DNA from: an uncultured Alphaproteobacteria bacterium
GTDB taxonomy: Bacteria; Pseudomonadota; Alphaproteobacteria; RF32; CAG-239
NCBI GenBank assembly: GCA_949297665.1
Contig: CASFTO010000015.1
Location: 3,395-67,394 of the forward strand
Direction: 5' to 3'
Length of the DNA stretch: 64,000 nt
In this document: positions 37,319 through 46,353 of the stretch, in pieces
How the letters are laid out: each line of letters begins with the position of its first letter
Position numbering within the stretch: position 1 is the stretch's first letter
The notes under the pieces: model-generated
Told to the model about the DNA's origin: nothing
The model's input: only the letters and a program-made list of their open reading frames with translations
Databases searched by the model: none
Translations under genes and position numbers: made by a program

Positions 37319-37639
37319 ATGCAAAGAGATAACAGAATTTTCTACGCATTGATTATACTGACTTTATTGGCGCCTTCAGTGGCATACGCTGGAGCATTTG
37401 ACTCTTTAATATCGTCAGGAAAAGAAATTTTCACGGGGTTAAGAGAAATTATTTACCCGGCTTCAGCAGTTGGTATAATTGCTGTTTGTATTGGTGGTTT
37501 TTTTGGAAATATTAACTGGAAATGGTTAACGGCGATTATTCTGGGTCTAATAGTAATCAGCTTGTGTGCTGGTTTTGTAAAAATATTTGCACCGGAAGGA
37601 GCCAGCGCAATAGCAGATAATATAGCTTTAGGAACATAG
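37319..37639 (+). CDS. virB2: VirB2/TrbC-type T4SS pilin, paralogue 2
   Basis: ATG at 37319 (the track start is TTG at 37313). The signal peptide is MQRDNRIFYALIILTLLAPSVAYA, followed by two hydrophobic helices joined by GNINWKW. Confidence 0.75.
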   Translation: MQRDNRIFYALIILTLLAPSVAYAGAFDSLISSGKEIFTGLREIIYPASAVGIIAVCIGGFFGNINWKWLTAIILGLIVISLCAGFVKIFAPEGASAIADNIALGT

Positions 37640-37649
37640 GAGATAGGAA

Positions 37650-38012
37650 ATGACAAAAAGAAGTATGTTTCTCTGTATTGCATGTATCATAGCAGTTTTA
37701 ATGATAAGCAGCGATGCGATGGCAGCGGGTGTTTTTGCTGAATTAAGGACAAGAACAATATCGTTTGCATCTCAATTACGAAATTTGGCTTATGCGATAT
37801 CATGCTTTGGTATAGTAATGTTTACCTTTTTGGCGATTAGCGGAAAGATTAATTTTAAGCATTTGGGATATATTTTTATCAGTTTATTTATGCTTTCTGC
37901 TACAGGAGCTATAATAGATTACTTTACTGGTAGTCACGCAAATTTAGCTGCTGAGTATAATCTAAACGATACATACATGAAAACGGTACAACATAGCAGC
38001 CTGGGAAGTTAG
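37650..38012 (+). CDS. virB2: VirB2/TrbC-type T4SS pilin, paralogue 3
   Basis: The signal peptide is MTKRSMFLCIACIIAVLMISSDAMA, followed by two hydrophobic helices joined by GKINFKH. The gene starts 10 nt after paralogue 2. Confidence 0.75.
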   Translation: MTKRSMFLCIACIIAVLMISSDAMAAGVFAELRTRTISFASQLRNLAYAISCFGIVMFTFLAISGKINFKHLGYIFISLFMLSATGAIIDYFTGSHANLAAEYNLNDTYMKTVQHSSLGS

Positions 38013-38088
38013 AAAAAATAATTACAAATTTAATAATTTTTAAGATTTTCGGGCTTAATATGAGAAGATAAAAAAGAGGGGTTAAGCC

Positions 38089-38379
38089 ATGAAGGATATA
38101 ATATTAAAAGCAGTAGCCAATCCTCCCAAATTATTTTGGGGGCCGGTATTGCCGACAGCGTTAAATGCTGGGTTGCAAATACCTTTTATGTTCATGGCGA
38201 TAGGAATGGCAGATGTAAACCCTCTGATTTTTATTATAAGTATAGTTACAGGGCATTTAATAGTTGTTGCATTAGGAGCAAAAGATCCGCATCTGTCAGG
38301 AATGATACAAGCCTTCGGGCAGACTAATATAGTGCCGCAAAATTTATACAAAGTGAAAGGGCACAAATTTGAACCTTAA
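38089..38379 (+). CDS. virB3: T4SS protein VirB3
   Basis: 96 aa with a VirB3-like N-terminus (ILKAVANPPKLFWGPVLPTALNAG), one or two TM helices, and a DPHLSGMIQAF motif. It lies directly upstream of virB4 and overlaps it. Confidence 0.75.
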   Translation: MKDIILKAVANPPKLFWGPVLPTALNAGLQIPFMFMAIGMADVNPLIFIISIVTGHLIVVALGAKDPHLSGMIQAFGQTNIVPQNLYKVKGHKFEP

Positions 38380-40822
38380 TTTTGACTTTTATACTTTATT
38401 TATAGCAGGTCTGCAAAGTGCGGATGCGATTGTTGCGACTTTAGGAATTATATCTGCTGCCGCAATAGCAATTTCGTTGGTATCAAAAATAGGCACATGG
38501 GTTTTACCGCAACCAAGTGAGTCAAGAGTTGCGGATTTTTTACCTTTTGATAGTTTGTTATCAGATGGTTCAACATTAAGATGCAGTAATGGTACATATG
38601 TAAGAGTATTTAAGGTTGAGGGGGTAGATTTAACATCTGCTCGTGATGAAACGGTTTTATCCATGTTTGAAGCTCGAAAGTCATGGCTTGATAACATGGC
38701 AGATTTACAAGTAACATGCCGTGTTATAACGATACGAGATCGCGTTCCAATGGAAAAGAACAAGGCTGATTTTGGAAATAAGTGGTTAAAGATAGTAGAT
38801 GACACATGGCGAGAGAATTTAAGCCGCGTATATAAGAATGATCATTACATTATTTTATCAATAGAAGACAGAAAAGAAGCGGTTAAAGATTTAAACTACG
38901 CATCACAATCCGTAATGGCGAATTTAAATGATTATGGGATAAAAGTTTTATATGAGGATGATGAAAGCACGGCAGAAATGAGCCCGGTATATCCGTTTGT
39001 AAGAATTTTAAATCCGATAAGTAAACCGATGCCGAAAGTAAGAGATGCACGGGGTTTTCAACTAAAAGAAATGCTTAGCTCAGATGGTATCCATTTTACA
39101 GGAGAGGAAGGGATAATCAAGTTCTTTTCGGGCGGGAAAGAAAAATTTGCATTAACCATGGGGATACGTAATTCCGGAGACTATATGGATGAAGGGATGA
39201 TATCATCGCTGTTGGCAATAGATTGTGAGTTGACAGTTCTACATCACATACATCCGTTATTTAAGCCCAAAGCCAGAATGATATTAATCCAGCAACAGAA
39301 AATGGCGGAAGTAACAAGTTTCTCCTCGGATGTAGTGGAGCAATACAGTGAGGCGTTGGCGGCCATAGAGGATAGTGATGCTGATCACCAATCATTAGTA
39401 GAATATTCAATGAGTTTTATATTAAAGGGTGATACGATAAAAGAGATAGAATTCGGAGAAAGTGAAGTTCAAAGAATATGTCGTTTATTTAGTGTAACAC
39501 CGGTACGAGAAAATTGGATAGCGCAAGCGACATTTTTCAATCAATTTCCGGGATACGATACATGTGGCAGAACTTATTTTTATCTATCAAGAATAGTTTC
39601 ATTGGCCGTATCTTTTGAGCAACTATCGACAGGTTTGCCGAGAAGTGACTGGGGTGAAGGCGCGATTACTGTATTTAGGACCATGAGTGGCTCACCATAC
39701 AGATTCCAATTTCATATATCTGCAGCAGAATCAGCAGTAGCACACTGTTGCATTGTAGGACCGACCGGACAAGGTAAAACAACATTATTAACATTTTTAG
39801 CCGGTCAAGCGATGCGTCACGGTGATTTAAAAGTATACTTTTTTGACAGACATCGAGGTGCAGAAATATTTACGCATATGGTAAAAGGCGCATACGTTGG
39901 ATTTAGTGGAGACAGGAAGAATGTATCATTAAATCCGTTTGATTCGCGCGATACGATGAGTAACAGAGCATTTTTAAGAAACTGGCTAAAAGCAATAACC
40001 ATGGCAAATGATGCGCTATCAGAAAGAGAAGCGGCTCGAGCTGTTACAACCGCATTTGATTATTTGCGTCCGGAAGAGCGGGTGTTGAAAAATCTATATA
40101 AAAGCTGTTTTTCACCAACAGGTACGATGCGGCGAGAATTATATAGATGGGTAAATCCGGACCAATATGGCAATATATTTAATGCGGAACATGATAGCTT
40201 AGATTTAAGTGCAAACAGATTTGTGGCATTTGATTTTACGGAAATTTTTGATGATGACGTACTGGCAGCAGCATCAATTAGTTATATCATGCATAGAATA
40301 CAATCAGAAAGCACCGAAACCGGAACGCCTGCCTTAATAATGATAGATGAAACAGCACCGATGTTGAAGCACGAAATGTTTAGAGATAATTTTATCAAAG
40401 GATTACAAGAAGGGCGTAAAAAGCGTCAAGCCTATTTATGTGCTTTTCAACAACCGAATATAGTAGATTCACTAGGGGTCGGCGATGCAGTAAGAGGGCA
40501 ATGCAAGACGATGATATTCTTCAGAAATACGCAAGCAACGCCAGAATCTTATGCAAAATGGAATTTAACGGATAGTGAATATGATTTCATAAGTGGTAAA
40601 TCATACAGAGATTGTCCGTATGCAATATTGTTAAAGCGTCCGGATGCGGGAGAAAATGGTGAAGGGGAGTCAGTGATTTTGGATGTAAACTTAAGTGGAT
40701 TAGGCCCGTATCTAAAGTTATATAATTCAGGCATCAAGAATGTGTTATTGGTAGAAAGTTTAGTAAAAGAGTTTGGCGAAGACGGATTCGTAACAAAATA
40801 TCTTAATGGATTAGGCGGATAA
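38369..40822 (+). CDS. virB4: T4SS ATPase VirB4
   Basis: 817 aa starting at TTG. Walker A is CIVGPTGQGKTTLLTFL and Walker B is ALIMIDETAPML. Length and position are typical of VirB4/TrbE. Confidence 0.9.
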   Translation: MNLNFDFYTLFIAGLQSADAIVATLGIISAAAIAISLVSKIGTWVLPQPSESRVADFLPFDSLLSDGSTLRCSNGTYVRVFKVEGVDLTSARDETVLSMFEARKSWLDNMADLQVTCRVITIRDRVPMEKNKADFGNKWLKIVDDTWRENLSRVYKNDHYIILSIEDRKEAVKDLNYASQSVMANLNDYGIKVLYEDDESTAEMSPVYPFVRILNPISKPMPKVRDARGFQLKEMLSSDGIHFTGEEGIIKFFSGGKEKFALTMGIRNSGDYMDEGMISSLLAIDCELTVLHHIHPLFKPKARMILIQQQKMAEVTSFSSDVVEQYSEALAAIEDSDADHQSLVEYSMSFILKGDTIKEIEFGESEVQRICRLFSVTPVRENWIAQATFFNQFPGYDTCGRTYFYLSRIVSLAVSFEQLSTGLPRSDWGEGAITVFRTMSGSPYRFQFHISAAESAVAHCCIVGPTGQGKTTLLTFLAGQAMRHGDLKVYFFDRHRGAEIFTHMVKGAYVGFSGDRKNVSLNPFDSRDTMSNRAFLRNWLKAITMANDALSEREAARAVTTAFDYLRPEERVLKNLYKSCFSPTGTMRRELYRWVNPDQYGNIFNAEHDSLDLSANRFVAFDFTEIFDDDVLAAASISYIMHRIQSESTETGTPALIMIDETAPMLKHEMFRDNFIKGLQEGRKKRQAYLCAFQQPNIVDSLGVGDAVRGQCKTMIFFRNTQATPESYAKWNLTDSEYDFISGKSYRDCPYAILLKRPDAGENGEGESVILDVNLSGLGPYLKLYNSGIKNVLLVESLVKEFGEDGFVTKYLNGLGG

Positions 40823-40827
40823 TTTTA

Positions 40828-40856
40828 TTGACAAAAATATAAAAATATGCTATACT
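40828..40856 (+). promoter_or_regulatory. Near-consensus sigma70-type promoter upstream of the coiled-coil gene array
   Basis: TTGACA (40828-40833), a 17-nt spacer, then TATACT (40851-40856). It lies in the 68-nt gap between virB4 and the next gene. Confidence 0.55.
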
Positions 40857-40890
40857 TCTAAAGTTAAAAATTATTTAAGCGGGGGGAATT

Positions 40891-42042
40891 ATGGATAGAA
40901 CTAAAGTTTTGGGTATTGTTGCATTAAGTTGTGCCATAGTGATAAGTAGTCCCGCAAAGGCATTTTGGCCTGTATTTGACTTTGGAGAAGTACCGGTAAT
41001 TGTGTCTAAAGTAACGACAGCATTTGAAGCATTATCAGAAAATAAAGAACAATTAATGAAGATGAATGGTGCATTAGATGCTATGGGAAAGAGTATAGAT
41101 AATATAGCACAGTTTGGTCAAGATTTAAGAGGTCTTACAGAAGATATACAAGACGTAGTCAATAATACGGTGGATGGAATAAACGAAAATTCCGGAGCAG
41201 ATATAAAGGTTCCCGAAAGTATAAATAACGGATTAACAATAACAAATGATGCTCTGGGAGATGGACTGGAAGATATAATCGACAAGACCCAAGAGACGCT
41301 AAAACCCGGAGAAGATATATTAGAAGAAGGAGCCTCGGGAATAGATAATGCACAAAAAGGAGCAAATCAGGTCAATGAAGGGATGAAAAAGTTAGAAGAA
41401 AAGAATGAAGAAGAAAACGCCAAGAGAGAAGAAAAAAAACAAAGCCAAACGGATGAAGCAATAGAGGAGGAAGAAGAAGAGGAGGAAATTGCGGAAGAGT
41501 CGAGAGACATCATTAAAGAAGAAATAATGGTAAGCATTGATGAATTTGAAAGTGAGAGCAAACAAATAATAGCACAAATGAATGATGTTTTAGACACGGG
41601 TATTAATACGCTGAATAAGTCAGCTCAAAACACAAAAAAAATACTGGATAATTTAGGAAAGTCTATAAAAGAAACAGAACAACTGAATGAAAGCGATAAA
41701 GAAATATTACTTCAAAGAATAGAAAAATTAAAAATGCAACATCAAAACGTGTCAGATAAAACAATAGCCATTGTTGAAAATGCAAAAGAATCCTATAATC
41801 AAGAATACGAGAACAAACTCATAGATGGATTAGCAAATTACAGAAATACGATAGAGCGTTATCTCAGAGGAGACATAAGTAAGGATATTGTAGTAAAAAA
41901 AGGAGAGGAATTGAAGTTAGCGGTTAAGCAAATTGACACAACTATAGATAAAGAAACGTTAGATACACAACGTCAAGAAACAGAAGATATAAAAAAAGAA
42001 ATAAAAGCAATAGCGGCAGAAATTGCAGCAAAGAAAAGGTAG
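40891..42042 (+). CDS. Secreted acidic coiled-coil protein, array member 1 of 5 (VirB5/TrbJ-like N-terminus)
   Basis: 383 aa. The signal peptide ends SSPAKA and the mature N-terminus is FWPVFDFGEVPVIVSKVTTAFEALSENKEQL. The rest is charged helical sequence including an E8 run. No TM segments are present. The CDS is confident; the function is not. Confidence 0.55.
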   Translation: MDRTKVLGIVALSCAIVISSPAKAFWPVFDFGEVPVIVSKVTTAFEALSENKEQLMKMNGALDAMGKSIDNIAQFGQDLRGLTEDIQDVVNNTVDGINENSGADIKVPESINNGLTITNDALGDGLEDIIDKTQETLKPGEDILEEGASGIDNAQKGANQVNEGMKKLEEKNEEENAKREEKKQSQTDEAIEEEEEEEEIAEESRDIIKEEIMVSIDEFESESKQIIAQMNDVLDTGINTLNKSAQNTKKILDNLGKSIKETEQLNESDKEILLQRIEKLKMQHQNVSDKTIAIVENAKESYNQEYENKLIDGLANYRNTIERYLRGDISKDIVVKKGEELKLAVKQIDTTIDKETLDTQRQETEDIKKEIKAIAAEIAAKKR

Positions 42043-42114
42043 TTTATTAACACATTATCAATAAGTTTAAGATAATTAGTAAATAATGATATAGATTATT
42101 AGGGAGGGCGCGAT

Positions 42115-44301
42115 ATGATAAAAAGGATAATATCCGAAGTTGTAAAAGGGGCAATGATAATAAGTCTTTGTCTGACATTGAGTGTGCGCTCGGCAAAAGC
42201 CTTTGTCTGGCCAGTAATAGACTTAACAGAAATAGTTTCGTTTGTAAACAGTATTACGACCGGTTTGAACCAAGTAACAAATGCAAAGAGTCAATTAGAT
42301 AATATAACAAATGTCATAAAAACGATAGGAGATCAAGTTTCCTCTGTAAGAAAATATGCTGCAGATTTAAAAGGAACAATAAAGAACATCAAAGACAATG
42401 TTGAAAGAATAACAACAAATGTGAAAGATACGACAAATAATCTGGATGATATAGCCTCTGACGTTAATAAAACATTAGAGGATACCTTAAATAAAGAAGA
42501 AGAGAATGCAGAGAACACAACAGAAACGATAGAAGATCAGGTAGATTCAGGAGCCACCGAAGAAGAAGTACAAGAAACGTTAGATGAAGCAAAAGAGGAA
42601 TCTGATGCAAACAAAGCAGAAACAGATAAAGTGCTAGACAAAGCAGAAGAAACAATAAACGATTCAATGGAAAAAGCACAAACTGCTTTAGATATGTTAA
42701 TGGAGACAATAAATAAAAACGGCGATTTAAATGAAGCAGATAAAACAAGGTTAAATGAAGAAGCAAATGATATTAAAGATGATATAGAAGACTTAAAAGA
42801 AACCGCATCAAATGCTATAAGTAGTGTAAAAGAAGAATTCGATACACTTTATAGCGAAGAAATATCAGTTGCATTTGATACATATAGCCAAGCGATAAGC
42901 GACTACTATGCCGGCAAAATAACTAGAGAGGGGTTGACAGCAGCAGGAGAAACATTTAAAAATGATATGTCAGGGTTAGAAGCAGGCATAGATGCCAATG
43001 TAATAGATAACATAGTAAACAACGCGCAGGACATAGCAAATAAGATAGATGCATTTGAAGAAGATTTGATGAATAGCATAAGCAATTCAAAAGGATATTC
43101 AGATGGCAGTGAAGAGGCAAATTGCGAAAGAATAATAAAAAGGAGATACGCTTTTAACTATGTTTCTGATTATGAACATCAATTATTAAAAGGAATATAT
43201 GCGGAGGATGCCGATAAAAGTTTTTTGCTGTCGAAAGAATTAGCATGCGATAATTTAGATGTTTCAAAAATAGAAGAAGATCCGAGTGATTTTAGGGAAT
43301 GCGTAGTAAAAGCAAAAGCAGAAGTAGAATTATATCCGGATATATATGAAGAAGCGCTCTATAAGGATTATAAAAAAGATGGTATATACAAGCATTTGCG
43401 CGAAGATTACAGTATAGCAAATATAGTAAGTGTCAGCAAAGCAAAACAATTCTCAGCGACGTGGGGATCATTAGAGCCGGACAATGATACCAACAAAGGG
43501 ACATTATATGTTTTAAGAAAGACATTAAAGGATGTAGACAATACGCGCGCCGGATATCAATTAATGGGGATGACAGATATAGAATCACCTAAACTATGGA
43601 GTGAAATACGAAGAGTAGATGCTCTGAAACGAGCAAAAGGAGTGATTCAAGATTTCGAAACGGGAATGACTTTATATCTAGATGGAAGAGATGAAGATTT
43701 TGTAGAAGCAACAAATAAAAATTGGGGAACAATGCAATCAGACGACAGAGACAACGATGAGAGTGAAGCGGTAATAGACAAAGCTATTTTTTCAAATGTG
43801 ATAATGTATAAGTGTGGTTTAAGAGCAAAAGATATTTCGGTATCCGAAAAGAAAAAAGCAGATATGTCAGCCATTGCGGAAAAAGAAAAAAACATAGCGG
43901 ATTGTTTATATAAATATGCATTAGAAGCCAGTAGAGGTTCAGAGATAGAAAAGAAGGTCGGAAGGGAAAATCAAAGAAAAGCCTATAATGACTCTGCATT
44001 TAACAATTTAACATTAGCGACAATAAATAATTACAAATCAAGTTTAGATTACGTTGATCCAGAGAAGTTACCTGATCCGAGCAAAGACAAAAACATAGTA
44101 AGTTTACAAGACGGATTGAAAGAAAGTACAACAACCAAAGATGATTACTCGATTGGAGCACAAATTAATTATTATACCACACAGCAAATATTAAGTGTTG
44201 TTGATGCTGATGCACAAAACCAGCAAACAGAAATTTTAAAAGATTTAGAAACTTTTAACTATAACTACTTTGGTCAACAAGAGGAAGGAGAAGCACAATG
44301 A
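42115..44301 (+). CDS. Secreted acidic coiled-coil protein, array member 2 of 5
   Basis: 728 aa. The signal peptide ends RSAKA and the mature N-terminus is FVWPVIDLTEIVSFVNSITTGLNQVTNAKSQL. About 300 aa of helical acidic region is followed by a mixed domain containing several Cys. Confidence 0.55.
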   Translation: MIKRIISEVVKGAMIISLCLTLSVRSAKAFVWPVIDLTEIVSFVNSITTGLNQVTNAKSQLDNITNVIKTIGDQVSSVRKYAADLKGTIKNIKDNVERITTNVKDTTNNLDDIASDVNKTLEDTLNKEEENAENTTETIEDQVDSGATEEEVQETLDEAKEESDANKAETDKVLDKAEETINDSMEKAQTALDMLMETINKNGDLNEADKTRLNEEANDIKDDIEDLKETASNAISSVKEEFDTLYSEEISVAFDTYSQAISDYYAGKITREGLTAAGETFKNDMSGLEAGIDANVIDNIVNNAQDIANKIDAFEEDLMNSISNSKGYSDGSEEANCERIIKRRYAFNYVSDYEHQLLKGIYAEDADKSFLLSKELACDNLDVSKIEEDPSDFRECVVKAKAEVELYPDIYEEALYKDYKKDGIYKHLREDYSIANIVSVSKAKQFSATWGSLEPDNDTNKGTLYVLRKTLKDVDNTRAGYQLMGMTDIESPKLWSEIRRVDALKRAKGVIQDFETGMTLYLDGRDEDFVEATNKNWGTMQSDDRDNDESEAVIDKAIFSNVIMYKCGLRAKDISVSEKKKADMSAIAEKEKNIADCLYKYALEASRGSEIEKKVGRENQRKAYNDSAFNNLTLATINNYKSSLDYVDPEKLPDPSKDKNIVSLQDGLKESTTTKDDYSIGAQINYYTTQQILSVVDADAQNQQTEILKDLETFNYNYFGQQEEGEAQ

Positions 44302-44996
44302 AAAAGAAAATATTTTTAATTCTCTTTTTCTCATTATTTGTATATACACGCGAAGCATATGCAATATTTGATATTATGGCAAAAGTTCAATCAGTGTTAG
44401 AATACTACAAAGATATAGAAAATAAGGTTCAAGAATATCAGAAGAAACTAAGAGATGTAGAAAAAAGAGCAAGACAAGGATTTGATTTAGCAAGCAATTG
44501 TTATAAAAATCCGACCAAATGTGATGCCAAAGCGATAGAAGCCTTCGCTAAAGATTCTGAAAGTTACGTTAAAAGTTTAAAAGAGGTTAAGGTAATGCCG
44601 GGAGCAGAAGAATTAAAAGAAGGCGATTTAAAGAAAAAGAGCGACAGTAGCTTAGCGCAGACGGTAGAGAACACATATATATACCAAAGAGGACAAGGAC
44701 AAGATATCGAAAAGACGGCAGAAAATCGTCAATATTTAAATGCGATAGTCGCAGATGACACAGCCTTACTATTTGCTAAAGGTGTATCAGCCCGTCAAAG
44801 TATTTTAGTAGAAGATGGCTCGCTTTATCAGTCAGAATTTAAGAATGAGAATATGGATGAGATACTAAATGCTCAAAACATAGTTGCAATAGCCACGGAA
44901 CAAAGATTAAATAGGATATTAGAAATGCGTGCCTACATGACGAGTGCCGGCTCGACAGCCGAATTAACGCAACAAACCAGAGAAGCGGATGAATAG
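44298..44996 (+). CDS. Secreted coiled-coil protein, array member 3 of 5
   Basis: 232 aa with an ATGA overlap with member 2. The signal peptide ends REAYA and the mature N-terminus is IFDIMAKVQSVLEYYKDIENKVQEYQ. Its size is close to canonical VirB5/TrbJ. Confidence 0.55.
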   Translation: MKKKIFLILFFSLFVYTREAYAIFDIMAKVQSVLEYYKDIENKVQEYQKKLRDVEKRARQGFDLASNCYKNPTKCDAKAIEAFAKDSESYVKSLKEVKVMPGAEELKEGDLKKKSDSSLAQTVENTYIYQRGQGQDIEKTAENRQYLNAIVADDTALLFAKGVSARQSILVEDGSLYQSEFKNENMDEILNAQNIVAIATEQRLNRILEMRAYMTSAGSTAELTQQTREADE

Positions 44997-45006
44997 GAGA
45001 AGCACA

Positions 45007-46353
45007 ATGAAGAAATTTATATTAATCGTCTGCATAGCACTTGGCATATATGGAAGCAACATACGCGCAGCTCAAGCATTAATTATAGATGCGCCGGCAC
45101 TGGCGGCAAAGATTAGTGAGTGGGTTGGTAGGCTAGCTGATGCAACGACAAAGATTTCCCAACAAGTATCGCAAGTAAAGCAAATGAGCTCACAAGGATT
45201 TAACAAAGAAGAATTATTCAACTTAGCCGAAGAATACGCAACGGAATATGGTAAAAATTTACTTCAAACTAAAATGAAAAAGGTTGTAGAAGGAACTAAA
45301 AAGAAAAATAAAGACAAGTTGGAAACAGATAAAGAAGCTTATGTAACATCCAAAAATTTATATTATGACGAAAAGATAGCCATCATGGATGAAAGTATAA
45401 AAGAGACCGAAACGATGAAGGCTCAAAAACACAATGAAATGATGTTAAAGAAAGCAGAGGTAAATCAGAAAAAAGATTACTATGAAAGTGTAAAAGGTAT
45501 ATTATCAGTAGAAGCGGAAGCATACGATAAATATATCAAAGCGGAGATGGAATATCAGGAATTAGAAACAGCGTATAACGAATTGGATGAGCTAATACTT
45601 ACGCTTGAATCCCAAAAGAGCAAATTAGAAGCGGAGAAAGCCAAAGTAGGTACAATGGATGATCCCGAATATGTTTTATACGAAAAACGGTTAGAAGAGA
45701 TGGAACAAGAGGTTGAAGAAGCCGATGGAGAAGGCGGATCTGAAGATATTGTAAATAAATCAGGCGGCAATGATGCGGAATGGGATGATGAAGACATCGT
45801 GGACAGTTTTTCGCCAACGGAGAAGGACTATACGGATTTTATAAAAAGATATTTTTACAATCCTGAAGATTTATCAGCAACCGGAAGCGATGCTCGAGTT
45901 GAAAATCAAACTAAAATAGATGCAGCAACAAGGGAACGTCGTTTCTTATTAGTAAACAGTGCAGCGCATTTATTACAAGTTTCCGCATCGTTAAGACGAG
46001 AAATTCCTATTCGCAGCGAAATAATTGATGAGATGTTCCAAAATACGCCTAAAGCACCGGGAGAATTAGAAGCAATTTCATCATATTCGGCAACAAGAAT
46101 AGAAAGTATGAAAGCTCTATTAATGTACGCAAAATTACAGAGTGCAAGATTACAATACATGGCGGCAAAGCAATTACTAAAAACCAATGTTTCAAAAGTT
46201 CCGAACGGAGAATATTTGAAATTTGATTTAGAAAAATACATCCTGACAAAAGAAGATGTTGATAATGCGATAGAAGAAGCGAATAAAACCAGTAAAAATA
46301 TAGATGATACATTTAATGTAAATGTGGGAGACTACCAATGGTTAAAGTATTAA
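45007..46353 (+). CDS. Secreted coiled-coil protein, array member 4 of 5
   Basis: ATG at 45007 follows an AGGAG site (the track ORF starts at 44989). The signal peptide ends IRAAQA and the mature N-terminus is LIIDAPALAAKISEWVGRLADATTKISQQVSQVKQ. Confidence 0.55.
   Translation: MKKFILIVCIALGIYGSNIRAAQALIIDAPALAAKISEWVGRLADATTKISQQVSQVKQMSSQGFNKEELFNLAEEYATEYGKNLLQTKMKKVVEGTKKKNKDKLETDKEAYVTSKNLYYDEKIAIMDESIKETETMKAQKHNEMMLKKAEVNQKKDYYESVKGILSVEAEAYDKYIKAEMEYQELETAYNELDELILTLESQKSKLEAEKAKVGTMDDPEYVLYEKRLEEMEQEVEEADGEGGSEDIVNKSGGNDAEWDDEDIVDSFSPTEKDYTDFIKRYFYNPEDLSATGSDARVENQTKIDAATRERRFLLVNSAAHLLQVSASLRREIPIRSEIIDEMFQNTPKAPGELEAISSYSATRIESMKALLMYAKLQSARLQYMAAKQLLKTNVSKVPNGEYLKFDLEKYILTKEDVDNAIEEANKTSKNIDDTFNVNVGDYQWLKY

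Noticed and set aside
41159-46312. Numerous minus-strand and alternate-frame ORFs (60-111 aa) within the coiled-coil genes, with similar ones inside the repeat giant and other long genes
   Set aside because: They are shadow ORFs of purine-rich or repetitive coding sequence (Leu/Ser/Phe-rich translations). They lack RBSs and are fully contained in longer, better-supported genes.
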